A stretch of DNA of 45,683 nucleotides from Gemmatimonadales bacterium (GTDB taxonomy: Bacteria > Gemmatimonadota > Gemmatimonadetes > Gemmatimonadales > GWC2-71-9): positions 1 through 45,683 of the forward strand of contig JBFJHJ010000027.1 of NCBI GenBank assembly GCA_041613315.1. Direction: 5' to 3'. The notes beneath the pieces were generated by a model. It made no database searches. It was not told the DNA's origin and worked only from the letters and a program-made list of their open reading frames with translations. Positions 18,369-27,070 of the stretch are shown piece after piece. The translations under genes and the position numbers were made by a program. Numbering within the stretch: the first letter of the stretch is position 1; each line of letters opens with the position of its first letter.

Positions 18369-19016
18369 ATGACACCACGTACCGCAGATCCGACGCGTGT
18401 CGCGGAGTTGGAGCGCGCCATTCTCGAAGCTGCCCGCGACCTCATGGCTGCTGGTGGGATCGAGGCACTGTCCATGCGGGTCGTGGGGGATCGCGTCGGC
18501 GTGAGCGCCCCCGCGCTCTACCACTACTTCGACAGCAAGGATGCGCTCGTGCGGCGCGTCGTCGAGATGGCGTTCCGCCGCTTCGGCGAGTACCTGAGCC
18601 GCGCCGCGGACGAGCATCCATGCGGCTCCCTGGAGCGGGTGTGGGCCTTGGGCCGCGCCTACATCCGGTTCGCGATGGAGAACCAGGCCTCGTTCCGCGT
18701 GCTCTTCAGCCTCCAGCGCGACGTTCCCCGCGCGGTCGAGGACCTGCCGGAGGGTGGCGGCTACGCGTTGCTCCGCCAGGCGATCGTCGATGCGATCGAG
18801 GCCGGCCGCATGCGGCGTGCGAGTCCCGACCTCCTCGCGATGTACCTGTGGTGTGTGGCCCACGGCCTCGTCACGATCTCGCTGGCGTGTCGCTTTGAGC
18901 ACGGAGAGGACTGCGCCGCCCCCGAGCTGCCGGAATCGCCCGAGGAGCTGTTTCACGCCTTCGCCCCGATCGTCAACAGCGGCCTGCGGGCGGGTGAGGA
19001 GGCGACGCATGACTGA
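18369..19016 (+). CDS. TetR/AcrR family transcriptional regulator (WHG-type C-terminal domain)
   Basis: HTH ILEAARDL...LSMRVVGDRVGVSAPALYHYFDSKDAL; C-terminal LGRAYIRFA.EN and LWCVAHGL. Confidence 0.95.
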   Translation: MTPRTADPTRVAELERAILEAARDLMAAGGIEALSMRVVGDRVGVSAPALYHYFDSKDALVRRVVEMAFRRFGEYLSRAADEHPCGSLERVWALGRAYIRFAMENQASFRVLFSLQRDVPRAVEDLPEGGGYALLRQAIVDAIEAGRMRRASPDLLAMYLWCVAHGLVTISLACRFEHGEDCAAPELPESPEELFHAFAPIVNSGLRAGEEATHD

Positions 19017-20487
19017 ACGGATCGCACGCGTCACGACGCGCGTGGCACTCATCCTCATTGCCGCGCTGGCCCCGCGGCCGGCGGCGGCGCAAGGTCCGGA
19101 CGCGCCGGACACCATGTCCCTCGGGCGGGCGATTCAGACGGCGCTCGAGAACAGTCGCACGCTGGCCGATGCGGAGTACGGCTTGCGGGCCGCGAAGGGG
19201 CTCGTGCGCGAGGCGTGGGCGAGCGCGCTGCCGGACATCCAGGCGAGCGCGTCGTACCAGCGCAACTTCCAGATTCAGGAAGTGTTCCTCCCCGCCATCA
19301 TCTTCGATCCCACGGCGCCGCCGGACGCGTTGATTCCGGCGCGCTTCGGGTCGGAGAACACCTGGCAGGCGGCCCTGACGGTGAGCCAACCCCTGTTCCA
19401 GGCGGAGGTGTTCATCGGGATCGGGGCGGCGGGCCGGTTCCGCGACCTCCAGGAGGAGACGGTCCGAGGGACGGCGCAGCGGGTCGTGTCGGCCGTGCGG
19501 CAGGCGTACTTCGACGCGTTGCTCGCCCATGAGGAGCTGCGGCTCACGCGGGAGAGCATCGGGAGAGTGCGGCGGACGCTGGAGGACACGCGCGCGCGGA
19601 ATCGCGCGGGATTGGTGAGCGACTACGATGTGCTCCGGCTCGAGGTCCAGCTCGCGAACCTCGAGGCCAACCTGCGGCGCGCCGAGAATGCGGTGGAGGC
19701 CCGGCGGCGCGCGCTGCTGGTCGAGACCGGGACGGAGTCCTCACGCCCGATCGCACTGGAGGGGCGGCTGGGGGAGATGGACCTGGCGGATCCCGAGCGC
19801 AACGTGCCGGGCAATGCCGAGTTGCTCGCTCAGGCCGGGGCCGCCGCGGCGGCGGACCGCCCGCTCGACGAGTTGCTCACCGTTGCCATGCAGCGGCGGA
19901 GCGACCTGCGGCAGCTCCGCTCGACCGTCTCGCTCGAGGAGACGCGGGCGGCCGTCGAACGGGCCGCGTACTTCCCGAAGCTGTCGGTATTCTCGAATTA
20001 CAATGTCTCCGCGCAGCAAAACGGCAGTCCCAACTTCTTCGGCGCCGGTCCCGATCAGCGCACCACGTCCGCGGCGGCCGGGCTCCGGGTCGAGGTGCCC
20101 GTCTTCAGCGGCTTCGCGCGGGCGGCCCGGGTGCAGCAGGCGCGGGCGTCGGTCCGGCAGAATGAGGCGCGTTTGGAGCGTGTCGAGCAGGAAGCGTCGA
20201 ACCAGGTGCGGACGTTGCACGCAGACGTGCAGGAGGCGCGCCAGCGGGCGGCGGCGCAACGTCGCGCGGTGGGCCAGGCACGGCGCGGGTTCGAGATCGC
20301 GTCGGCGGAGTACCGTGCCGGCGTGGGGTCGCAGCTCCAAGTGACGGACGCCGAGGTGGCGCTCAGCGAATCAGAATTCAACTACGCCCGCGCGGTGTAC
20401 GACTATCTCACGGCGCGGGCCCAGCTCGAATTGGCGATTGGAACGGTACCGGACGTCGCCGGCCAGGCAGTGGACGGCGCGTTTTGA
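19009..20487 (+). CDS. TolC family outer membrane efflux protein
   Basis: Signal peptide; two OEP repeats (ALPDIQASA / YFPKLSV, VRQAYFDAL, EYRAGVGSQLQVTDAE, ARAQLELAIG); GAGGAGG RBS before ATG 19009. Confidence 0.92.
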   Translation: MTERIARVTTRVALILIAALAPRPAAAQGPDAPDTMSLGRAIQTALENSRTLADAEYGLRAAKGLVREAWASALPDIQASASYQRNFQIQEVFLPAIIFDPTAPPDALIPARFGSENTWQAALTVSQPLFQAEVFIGIGAAGRFRDLQEETVRGTAQRVVSAVRQAYFDALLAHEELRLTRESIGRVRRTLEDTRARNRAGLVSDYDVLRLEVQLANLEANLRRAENAVEARRRALLVETGTESSRPIALEGRLGEMDLADPERNVPGNAELLAQAGAAAAADRPLDELLTVAMQRRSDLRQLRSTVSLEETRAAVERAAYFPKLSVFSNYNVSAQQNGSPNFFGAGPDQRTTSAAAGLRVEVPVFSGFARAARVQQARASVRQNEARLERVEQEASNQVRTLHADVQEARQRAAAQRRAVGQARRGFEIASAEYRAGVGSQLQVTDAEVALSESEFNYARAVYDYLTARAQLELAIGTVPDVAGQAVDGAF

Positions 20488-20501
20488 GGGGGACACGAGC
20501 C

Positions 20502-21614
20502 ATGGTGGTAGCGCAAGTGCACAGCGGGCTGCTCGCGGTGGCGGCCCTGGTGGTGGCCGGCGGCCTGGCGGGCTGCGCCCGGTCCGAGCAGGGAGCGGTC
20601 CGGGCCGACGAGCGGAGCGCGCAGGCCGCGGTCGCCGGTCGCATCGTGAACGTCGAGGTGGCGCCGGCGGCCCGCTCGCGCTTCACGGATTACATCCGGA
20701 TCACGGGAGAGGTGGAAGCGCTGCACGATGTGCGCGTCGCCGCGGAAGAGGCGGGTGTGATCGAGCGCTTCTACGTCGAGAAGGGCCAGCGCGTGGCTGG
20801 AGGAGCCCCTCTCGCGAAGCTGGACGACGCCGTGCTGTCGGCGCAAGTCGCCGAGGCGCGGGCGCAGGCGCGGCTGGCGGAGGAGACGTTCGAGCGCCAG
20901 CGGCAGCTGTGGGAGGAGGACCGGATGGGGAGCGAGATCGCTTACCTCCAGGCGAAGTACGGCGCCGAGACGGCGGCCGCGCGGCTCCAGATGCTGCAGG
21001 CCCGGTGGGAGCGGACGGTGGTTCGCGCCCCGGTGGCGGGCGTCTTCGACGAGAAGTTCCTCGAAGCCGGCGAGATGGCGGCGCCGGGCGCGCCCGTCGC
21101 GCGCGTGGTTGCCGTGAATCGGGTCAAGATCGCGGGTGGTGTGCCGGAGCGGTTCGCGCTCTCGGTGAAAGCCGGTGACCCGGCACGGGTCACGCTCGAC
21201 GTGCTGCCCGGCCGGGAGTTTACCGGGCGGATCAGCTTCGTGGGCTCCACGGTCGATGCGGCGAACCGCACGGTGCCCATCGAGATCGAGATGGAGAATC
21301 CCGACCGCGTGGCCAAGCCGCGGATGGTGGCGAACGTCCAGATCGTACGGATCCGGCTCGACAATGTGATCGTGGTGCCACAAGACGTGCTGCGCCGCAC
21401 GGAAGACGGGTATCAGCTGTTCGTGGTCGGCGAGCGGGACGGGCACCCGGTTGCCGAGGCGCGGCTGGTCCGCCCCGGCCCCTCGTACCAGAACCGCGTG
21501 GTGATCGAGGCGGGGCTCGCCGAGGGTGACGCGGTGATCGTGGTCGGCCACCGGCTCGTGGACGACGGCAGCCACGTCCGGATCGTGAGCACCGTGGCCG
21601 GGAGTCAGCGATGA
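20502..21614 (+). CDS. RND efflux periplasmic adaptor (membrane fusion protein), lipoprotein
   Basis: Lipobox LAGC; lipoyl halves (VAAEEAGVIE..VEKGQRV and VRAPVAGV); beta-barrel GRISFVGSTVD..NRT; GLAEGDAVIVVG. Confidence 0.93.
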   Translation: MVVAQVHSGLLAVAALVVAGGLAGCARSEQGAVRADERSAQAAVAGRIVNVEVAPAARSRFTDYIRITGEVEALHDVRVAAEEAGVIERFYVEKGQRVAGGAPLAKLDDAVLSAQVAEARAQARLAEETFERQRQLWEEDRMGSEIAYLQAKYGAETAAARLQMLQARWERTVVRAPVAGVFDEKFLEAGEMAAPGAPVARVVAVNRVKIAGGVPERFALSVKAGDPARVTLDVLPGREFTGRISFVGSTVDAANRTVPIEIEMENPDRVAKPRMVANVQIVRIRLDNVIVVPQDVLRRTEDGYQLFVVGERDGHPVAEARLVRPGPSYQNRVVIEAGLAEGDAVIVVGHRLVDDGSHVRIVSTVAGSQR

Positions 21615-24600
21615 ACCCGACGCGCCCGCCGCACTCGACCGCCTTCACGGAGTTCGGCCTCTCCTCGATCGCCGTAAACCACCCGGTGGTGGTCGTGGCG
21701 CTCACCGTGATCCTCGTGATCATGGGGCTCGTTTCGTACATCAACGTGCCGAAGGAATCGTCGCCCGAGATCGTCGTGCCGTTCATCGCGGTGAACACGA
21801 TCTATTCGGGGGTCGCGCCCAAGGACATCGAGACGCTGATCACTCGGCCGCTCGAGGATGAGCTCAACACCATCGCCGACGTCAAACAGATCACCTCGAC
21901 GTCCATCGAGGGCTACTCCAGCATCACGGTGGAGTTCCAGGTCGGGATGGACATGAACGAAGCGCTCCAACGGGTGCGCGAGAAGGTCGACCTGGCGAAG
22001 CCCGAGCTGCCGCCGCAGGCCGAGGAGCCGGGCATCGTCGAGTTCAACTTCGCCGAGTTCCCGATCATGCAGGTGAACGTCTCGGGGTCGTACAGTCTGG
22101 AGCGCCTGCGGGAGGTCGCCGAAGACCTGCAGGATCGACTGGAGCAGATCCCCAGCGTGTTGGAGGTGCAGCTCTCGGGCGGCCTGGAGCGCGAGGTCCA
22201 GGTGGACGTCGATCTGGCCAAGTTGAAGTTCTACAACCTGTCGTTCGACGACGTGATCGGCGCGATCCGGCAAGAGAACGTCACCATTCCGGGTGGGTCG
22301 ATCGACGTCGGGGACATGCGGTACTTGGTCCGTGTCCCGGGCGAGTTCGAGGCGCCCGAGCCGATCGCCGACGTCGTCATCGATACCAAGAACGGCCGTC
22401 CGATCTACGTCCGCGACGTGGCGGGCGTCGACTTCGGGTTCAAGGAGCGCGACAGCTACGCCCGGCTCGATGGGCAGGCCGTGATTTCCCTGGCGATCGT
22501 CAAGCGCTCGGGAGAGAACATCATCGAGACGGCCGCTCGGGTGCGTGAGGTGATCACGCAGCAGTCGGCGAGGTTTCCCCCGGGGACCGTCGTGAAGATC
22601 ACCTCGGATCAGTCCGAGGAGATCCGCGAGATGGTGTCGAGTCTGGAGAACAACATCATCTCCGGGCTCATTCTGGTGAGTGCCGTCCTGCTGTTCGTGC
22701 TAGGGGCGCGGACGGCCTCGTTCGTGGGGCTCGCGATCCCGACCTCGATGCTCTTGTCGTTCAGCGTCATCCAGTTGGCCGGCTTCTCGATGAACATGGT
22801 GGTGCTGTTCAGCCTGATCTTGGCGCTCGGCATGCTGGTGGACAACGCCATCGTGGTGGTAGAGAACATCTACCGATTCCGCGAGCAGGGCTTCGACCGG
22901 GCGCACGCCGCGAAGTACGGGACGGCCGAGGTGGCGGTGCCGATCATCGCGTCGACCGCCACGACGCTGGCGGCGTTTCTCCCGATGGCGTTCTGGCCGG
23001 GCATCATCGGCGAGTTCATGAAGTTCCTGCCGCTCACGCTCATCATTACGCTCTCGTCGTCGCTCTTCGTGGCGCTCGTGATCGTGCCGACCATGTGCGC
23101 CCTCATGCTGGACCCGGAGGACGCGCCGCCGGTGCCGCTCACGCCCGCGATGAAACGGCTGCTGATCGGCCTCGCCGTGGCCGCGGTCGTCGTGACGGCT
23201 GGGGTCAATCCGCTGACCGCCGTGCTGCTCCTCGTGACCGCCACGGCGCTCTATGCGTTCCATCACCACGTGGGCCGGCCGGCCGGGCACTGGTTCATGG
23301 CGCAGGGCCTCCCCCGCATTCTGGTGCACTACCGACGGCTCCTGGACTGGGCGCTCCGCCATGGGGAAGAGGTGACGCCGGGGCCCGTGGTCCAGCGCCT
23401 GCAGGCAAGCGCCAGCCGGTGGCGGCTCACGCGGCGGCCGGCCACATGGGCGATCGAACGCTACCTCGATCACCGGCTCCGCATGTTGGCGGCCGCCGGC
23501 GGGACGCTGGTCGTCGCGATCCTGTCGTTCGCCGTGCTCAACGCGGGCATCGAGTTGTTCCCCGAGGACATCCCGCCGGCCACGGTCTACGCGCAGGTCG
23601 AGGCCCCGCAGGGCACGCGGGTCGAGCTGACCGACCGCCTGGCGCACGCCGTGGAGAGCCGGCTCGCGCGGCTGGAGGGGCACGAGGACTTCGAGTCGGT
23701 GGTGGCCACCGCCGGATCGCAGCTGTCCGGCGGCGGCTTCGGCGGCGGCCTTGGCGGCCACGTCGCGACCGTGGCCGTGAATTTCGTCGACTTCGAGGAC
23801 CGCACGACCGACGTGTTCGCTACGCTGGAACGCATGCGGGAGCAGATCGCCACGTGGGTCGCCGGCGCGGATGTTTCCGTCGAGGTGCCGAATCCGGGCC
23901 CGCCCACGGGCCTCCCGGTCACCATCGAGATCAGCGGCGACGCCCCCGAGCGGCTGCGTCGCTATGGCGACAGCGTCGTGACGATTCTCGAGAACTCTCC
24001 CGTGTTCCCGAAGCTGGACGGCCTCGAGAGCGACATGGCGGAGGGGCGGCCGGAGCTGGTGGTCGAGGTGGACCGGGAGAAGGCCGCGCTGTACGGGCTC
24101 TCCACCCAGCTGATCGGCAGTACGCTGCGCAGCGCGATCAACGGAACCGTGGCGTCGAAGTACCGCGACGGCAACGACGAATACGACATCACGGTCCGCC
24201 TCGCCAAGCCCTATCGGGACGACCTGAGCTCCCTGGGCGATCTCACGATCGTGGAGGACGGGCAGCAGATCCCCCTGTCCTCGGTCGCGCGGTGGTATGT
24301 CGGCCAGGGCTTCGGCGACGTCAGGCGCAAGGACCTCGACCGTGTGGTCACGATCTCGTCTGACGTCCGAGCGGGCTACAACGGCAACGCCGTGCTCGCC
24401 GAGGCGCAGCAGATCCTGGCCGACTTCCGGTCGAACCTCCCGGCGGGCTACCGTATGGTGTACACGGGCGAGCAGCAGGAACAGCAGGAAGCAGAGGAGT
24501 TCCTGTCGGGAGCGTTCGTGCTCGCGGTGTTCCTGATCGGCTTGATCCTGATCTCGCAGTTCAACTCGCTCACCAAGCCGCTCATCATCTTGAGCTCGGT

Positions 24601-25195
24601 CCTGCTCTCGACGATCGGCGTGCTCATCGGCTTGATGCTGTTCCGCATGCCCTTTGGAATCATCATGACGGGGGTCGGGGTGATCAGCCTCGCCGGCGTG
24701 GTCGTCAACAACTCGATCGTGTTGATCGACTACGTGGACATCTTGCGTAAGCGCGACGGGTTGCCGCGGCGGCAGGCGATTCTACAGGGCGGCGTCACGC
24801 GGTTCCGGCCGGTCATCCTCACCGCGATCACCACCGTGCTGGGGCTGGTCCCGCTCGCCGTGGGCCTGAACTTCGACTTCATCGGGCTCTACGCCCGATT
24901 GAGCCCCGACTTCTTCTGGGGCGGCGAGCAGGCGGCGTGGTGGGGTCCCATGGCGATCGCCGTGATCGCGGGCTTGAGCTTCGCCACGTTCTTGACGCTC
25001 GTGCTGGTGCCGGTGATGTACTCCTTGCTCGACGACTTCGACGACTGGGTGTCGCGCACCTTCCGCCCCCGCTTCGAAGTGACGGACGAGCACCCGGTGC
25101 TGCGGGCCGAGGTCGGGCCGCCGCCGGTCGAGGAGCCGGCACGGGAGCCGGTGACGGTGCGAGGGCGGCTCGACGCGGGCGGGCTCACGGCCTAG
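21611..25195 (+). CDS. RND efflux transporter permease (AcrB/AcrD/AcrF family)
   Basis: GMLVDNAIVVVENIYR (TM4), GVVVNNSIVLID (TM10) and RFRPVILTAITTVLGLVP (TM11); ATGA overlap with the MFP gene. Confidence 0.95.
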   Translation: MNPTRPPHSTAFTEFGLSSIAVNHPVVVVALTVILVIMGLVSYINVPKESSPEIVVPFIAVNTIYSGVAPKDIETLITRPLEDELNTIADVKQITSTSIEGYSSITVEFQVGMDMNEALQRVREKVDLAKPELPPQAEEPGIVEFNFAEFPIMQVNVSGSYSLERLREVAEDLQDRLEQIPSVLEVQLSGGLEREVQVDVDLAKLKFYNLSFDDVIGAIRQENVTIPGGSIDVGDMRYLVRVPGEFEAPEPIADVVIDTKNGRPIYVRDVAGVDFGFKERDSYARLDGQAVISLAIVKRSGENIIETAARVREVITQQSARFPPGTVVKITSDQSEEIREMVSSLENNIISGLILVSAVLLFVLGARTASFVGLAIPTSMLLSFSVIQLAGFSMNMVVLFSLILALGMLVDNAIVVVENIYRFREQGFDRAHAAKYGTAEVAVPIIASTATTLAAFLPMAFWPGIIGEFMKFLPLTLIITLSSSLFVALVIVPTMCALMLDPEDAPPVPLTPAMKRLLIGLAVAAVVVTAGVNPLTAVLLLVTATALYAFHHHVGRPAGHWFMAQGLPRILVHYRRLLDWALRHGEEVTPGPVVQRLQASASRWRLTRRPATWAIERYLDHRLRMLAAAGGTLVVAILSFAVLNAGIELFPEDIPPATVYAQVEAPQGTRVELTDRLAHAVESRLARLEGHEDFESVVATAGSQLSGGGFGGGLGGHVATVAVNFVDFEDRTTDVFATLERMREQIATWVAGADVSVEVPNPGPPTGLPVTIEISGDAPERLRRYGDSVVTILENSPVFPKLDGLESDMAEGRPELVVEVDREKAALYGLSTQLIGSTLRSAINGTVASKYRDGNDEYDITVRLAKPYRDDLSSLGDLTIVEDGQQIPLSSVARWYVGQGFGDVRRKDLDRVVTISSDVRAGYNGNAVLAEAQQILADFRSNLPAGYRMVYTGEQQEQQEAEEFLSGAFVLAVFLIGLILISQFNSLTKPLIILSSVLLSTIGVLIGLMLFRMPFGIIMTGVGVISLAGVVVNNSIVLIDYVDILRKRDGLPRRQAILQGGVTRFRPVILTAITTVLGLVPLAVGLNFDFIGLYARLSPDFFWGGEQAAWWGPMAIAVIAGLSFATFLTLVLVPVMYSLLDDFDDWVSRTFRPRFEVTDEHPVLRAEVGPPPVEEPAREPVTVRGRLDAGGLTA

Positions 25196-25278
25196 TCCAC
25201 CGGCGCCACGCCCGGTCGCCCAAGGCCCGACCGGTGCGGTGGTCGGCGAGCGGGCGGGAGCGACGTCCGGGAGGTGAG

Positions 25279-26127
25279 CTAGCCGGCGCGCGGCTCGCGC
25301 CGCCCCGTCCCGAACCAAGCCTCGTAGAGGTCGGGACGGCGGTCCCGCCAGAACAGCCGGCGGGCGGGCGACTGGCTGCACTGGGTGAAGTCGAGATCGG
25401 CGACGATCAGCTCTTCCTGGAGGCGGGCGCCGCGGGCCACGACCCGGCCCTCCGGATCCACCACGAACGACTCACCCGAGAAGGTGAGTCGTTCTTCCTT
25501 TCCGACGCGGTTGCACAGGGCCGCGAAGTAGCCGTTCTGAAACGCCGCAGTGCGCACCTCGGCCTCGTACATGCCGTCGGGCCACTCGTCCAGGCCCCCG
25601 GCCTGCGGGATCACCACGAGTTCGGCGCCCCCTACTCCGAGGGACCGCATATACTCGGGATAGTGCCGGTCGTAGCAGATCGCGACGCCGACCTGCCCGG
25701 CGCGCGTGGCGTACACGGGCGCCCCGCGGTCGCCCTGGGCGTAGTACGCCCGCTCGTGAAAGCACGCGTAGTCCGTGATGTGCACCATGCGGGTGACGCC
25801 GAGCAGCGCGCCGTCGGCGTCGAACACGGGAGAGCTGTCGAAGCAGCGGTCGGCCGCGCGCTCGTACATGTTGAAGACGGTGACCAGGCCCAGCTCGCGG
25901 GCGCAGCGACCGATCGCGTCGGTCGTCGGTCCCGGAATGGACTCCGCGAGGTCGTGGGCGTCGAACGCCGGGAACTGCGGAAAGAAGGGCAGGCCCGCGA
26001 GCTCGGGGAAGGCGACCAGCTCGGCGCCGGCGTCTCGCGCGGCGCGCATCGCGTCTCGCACCCGCTCGAGGCGATGACCGGGGTCGGCGGCAGCGGCGAG
26101 TTGCGCGAGGGCGATCCGCGGACTCAT
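25279..26127 (-). CDS. Carbon-nitrogen hydrolase (nitrilase superfamily; N-carbamoylputrescine amidase / beta-ureidopropionase-like)
   Basis: FPEL (catalytic Glu), ICYDRHYPE (catalytic Cys), NRVG.E...F.G.SFVVDP.G and RDRRPDLY. The catalytic-Lys position reads TRMVH. ATGA overlap with the methyltransferase stop. Confidence 0.88.
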   Translation of the reverse strand: MSPRIALAQLAAAADPGHRLERVRDAMRAARDAGAELVAFPELAGLPFFPQFPAFDAHDLAESIPGPTTDAIGRCARELGLVTVFNMYERAADRCFDSSPVFDADGALLGVTRMVHITDYACFHERAYYAQGDRGAPVYATRAGQVGVAICYDRHYPEYMRSLGVGGAELVVIPQAGGLDEWPDGMYEAEVRTAAFQNGYFAALCNRVGKEERLTFSGESFVVDPEGRVVARGARLQEELIVADLDFTQCSQSPARRLFWRDRRPDLYEAWFGTGRREPRAG

Positions 26128-26786
26128 GAAGCGCGCCGCCGGCCGACGGTGACGAGCGAGCCCGTCGTCACCTTCCACGCCTCCGACGCCTCATCGGGGG
26201 GCAGGGTCACCTGCCGCTGCTCCGTCACTTCGAGATCTGCCTCCTCGAAGGCACGGGACCACTGACCGCGGTCCCACAGCGTCATCGGCACGCCGACGTC
26301 GGTCGGCCAGTCGTGGCTGGCGGGGTTCTCGGCGTAGTAGTCCACCGCGCAGGCGACGACGCCGCCCGGCTTGAGCAGCCGGCGGATCGCCGCCATGCCG
26401 GTGCAGGGCTCGGGAAGATAGTAGAGGACCTCCATCGAGAAGATCACGTCGAAGCGCCCCGGCGGGAGGGGATGGGTCGGGAACGCGGCCAGGTGATACT
26501 CGACCGTGGGGTACGGCACCGAGAGGCGCCGCGCCAGTGCCAGCATGGCGGGTGAGACGTCGAGGCCCACCGCACGTCCGTTGGGCGAAGCCCGGGCGGC
26601 CCAGCGGACCGTGTAACCGGTGCCGCAGCCGACATCGAGGTACCAGGTGTCGTGGCGTAACGGCAACTGCGCGAACACTCGGCGAGCGAAGGGGATGTGG
26701 CTGTCTGCCATTCCTTCGGCCCGGCCGTGGTCCGCCCAGGCGTCGAACACCGTTCGGACCCGGGCGATGTGGTCCGCATCGCTCAT
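26124..26786 (-). CDS. Class I SAM-dependent methyltransferase
   Basis: Motif I YLDVGCGTG, GLDVSPAML, FDVIFSMEVLYY and RLLKPGG. The start is either ATG 26786 or ATG 26813. Confidence 0.9.
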   Translation of the reverse strand: MSDADHIARVRTVFDAWADHGRAEGMADSHIPFARRVFAQLPLRHDTWYLDVGCGTGYTVRWAARASPNGRAVGLDVSPAMLALARRLSVPYPTVEYHLAAFPTHPLPPGRFDVIFSMEVLYYLPEPCTGMAAIRRLLKPGGVVACAVDYYAENPASHDWPTDVGVPMTLWDRGQWSRAFEEADLEVTEQRQVTLPPDEASEAWKVTTGSLVTVGRRRAS

Positions 26787-27070
26787 CGGCACAGGAGCTT
26801 GACGGGAGGTCATCCGAGGGTTTCAATCTACACCCATGTTCCGATCCGCAACGGGTCAGGCGGGCGGCAGCGGAACTCGGGACCCGTATGCGGGGTTCCA
26901 CTTGCACATTACCGGAGATCCACGATCACGGTGATGACCTCGACAGCCGGATGCACAGTGGCCGGAATCGAACCCCGTCGCCCGACGCGGCGCCGGGGCG
27001 TTCCCTTTCGTTGGGCCACGGCGCCTGGACGGCCCGTCGACGGGTCACACCCACATGGAGGATGGCTCTC

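Noticed and set aside
26964..26974. tRNA T-loop-like GGTTCGATTCC on the minus strand
   Set aside because: The T-stem pairs for only 2 bp, and no acceptor, D or anticodon arm can be built.
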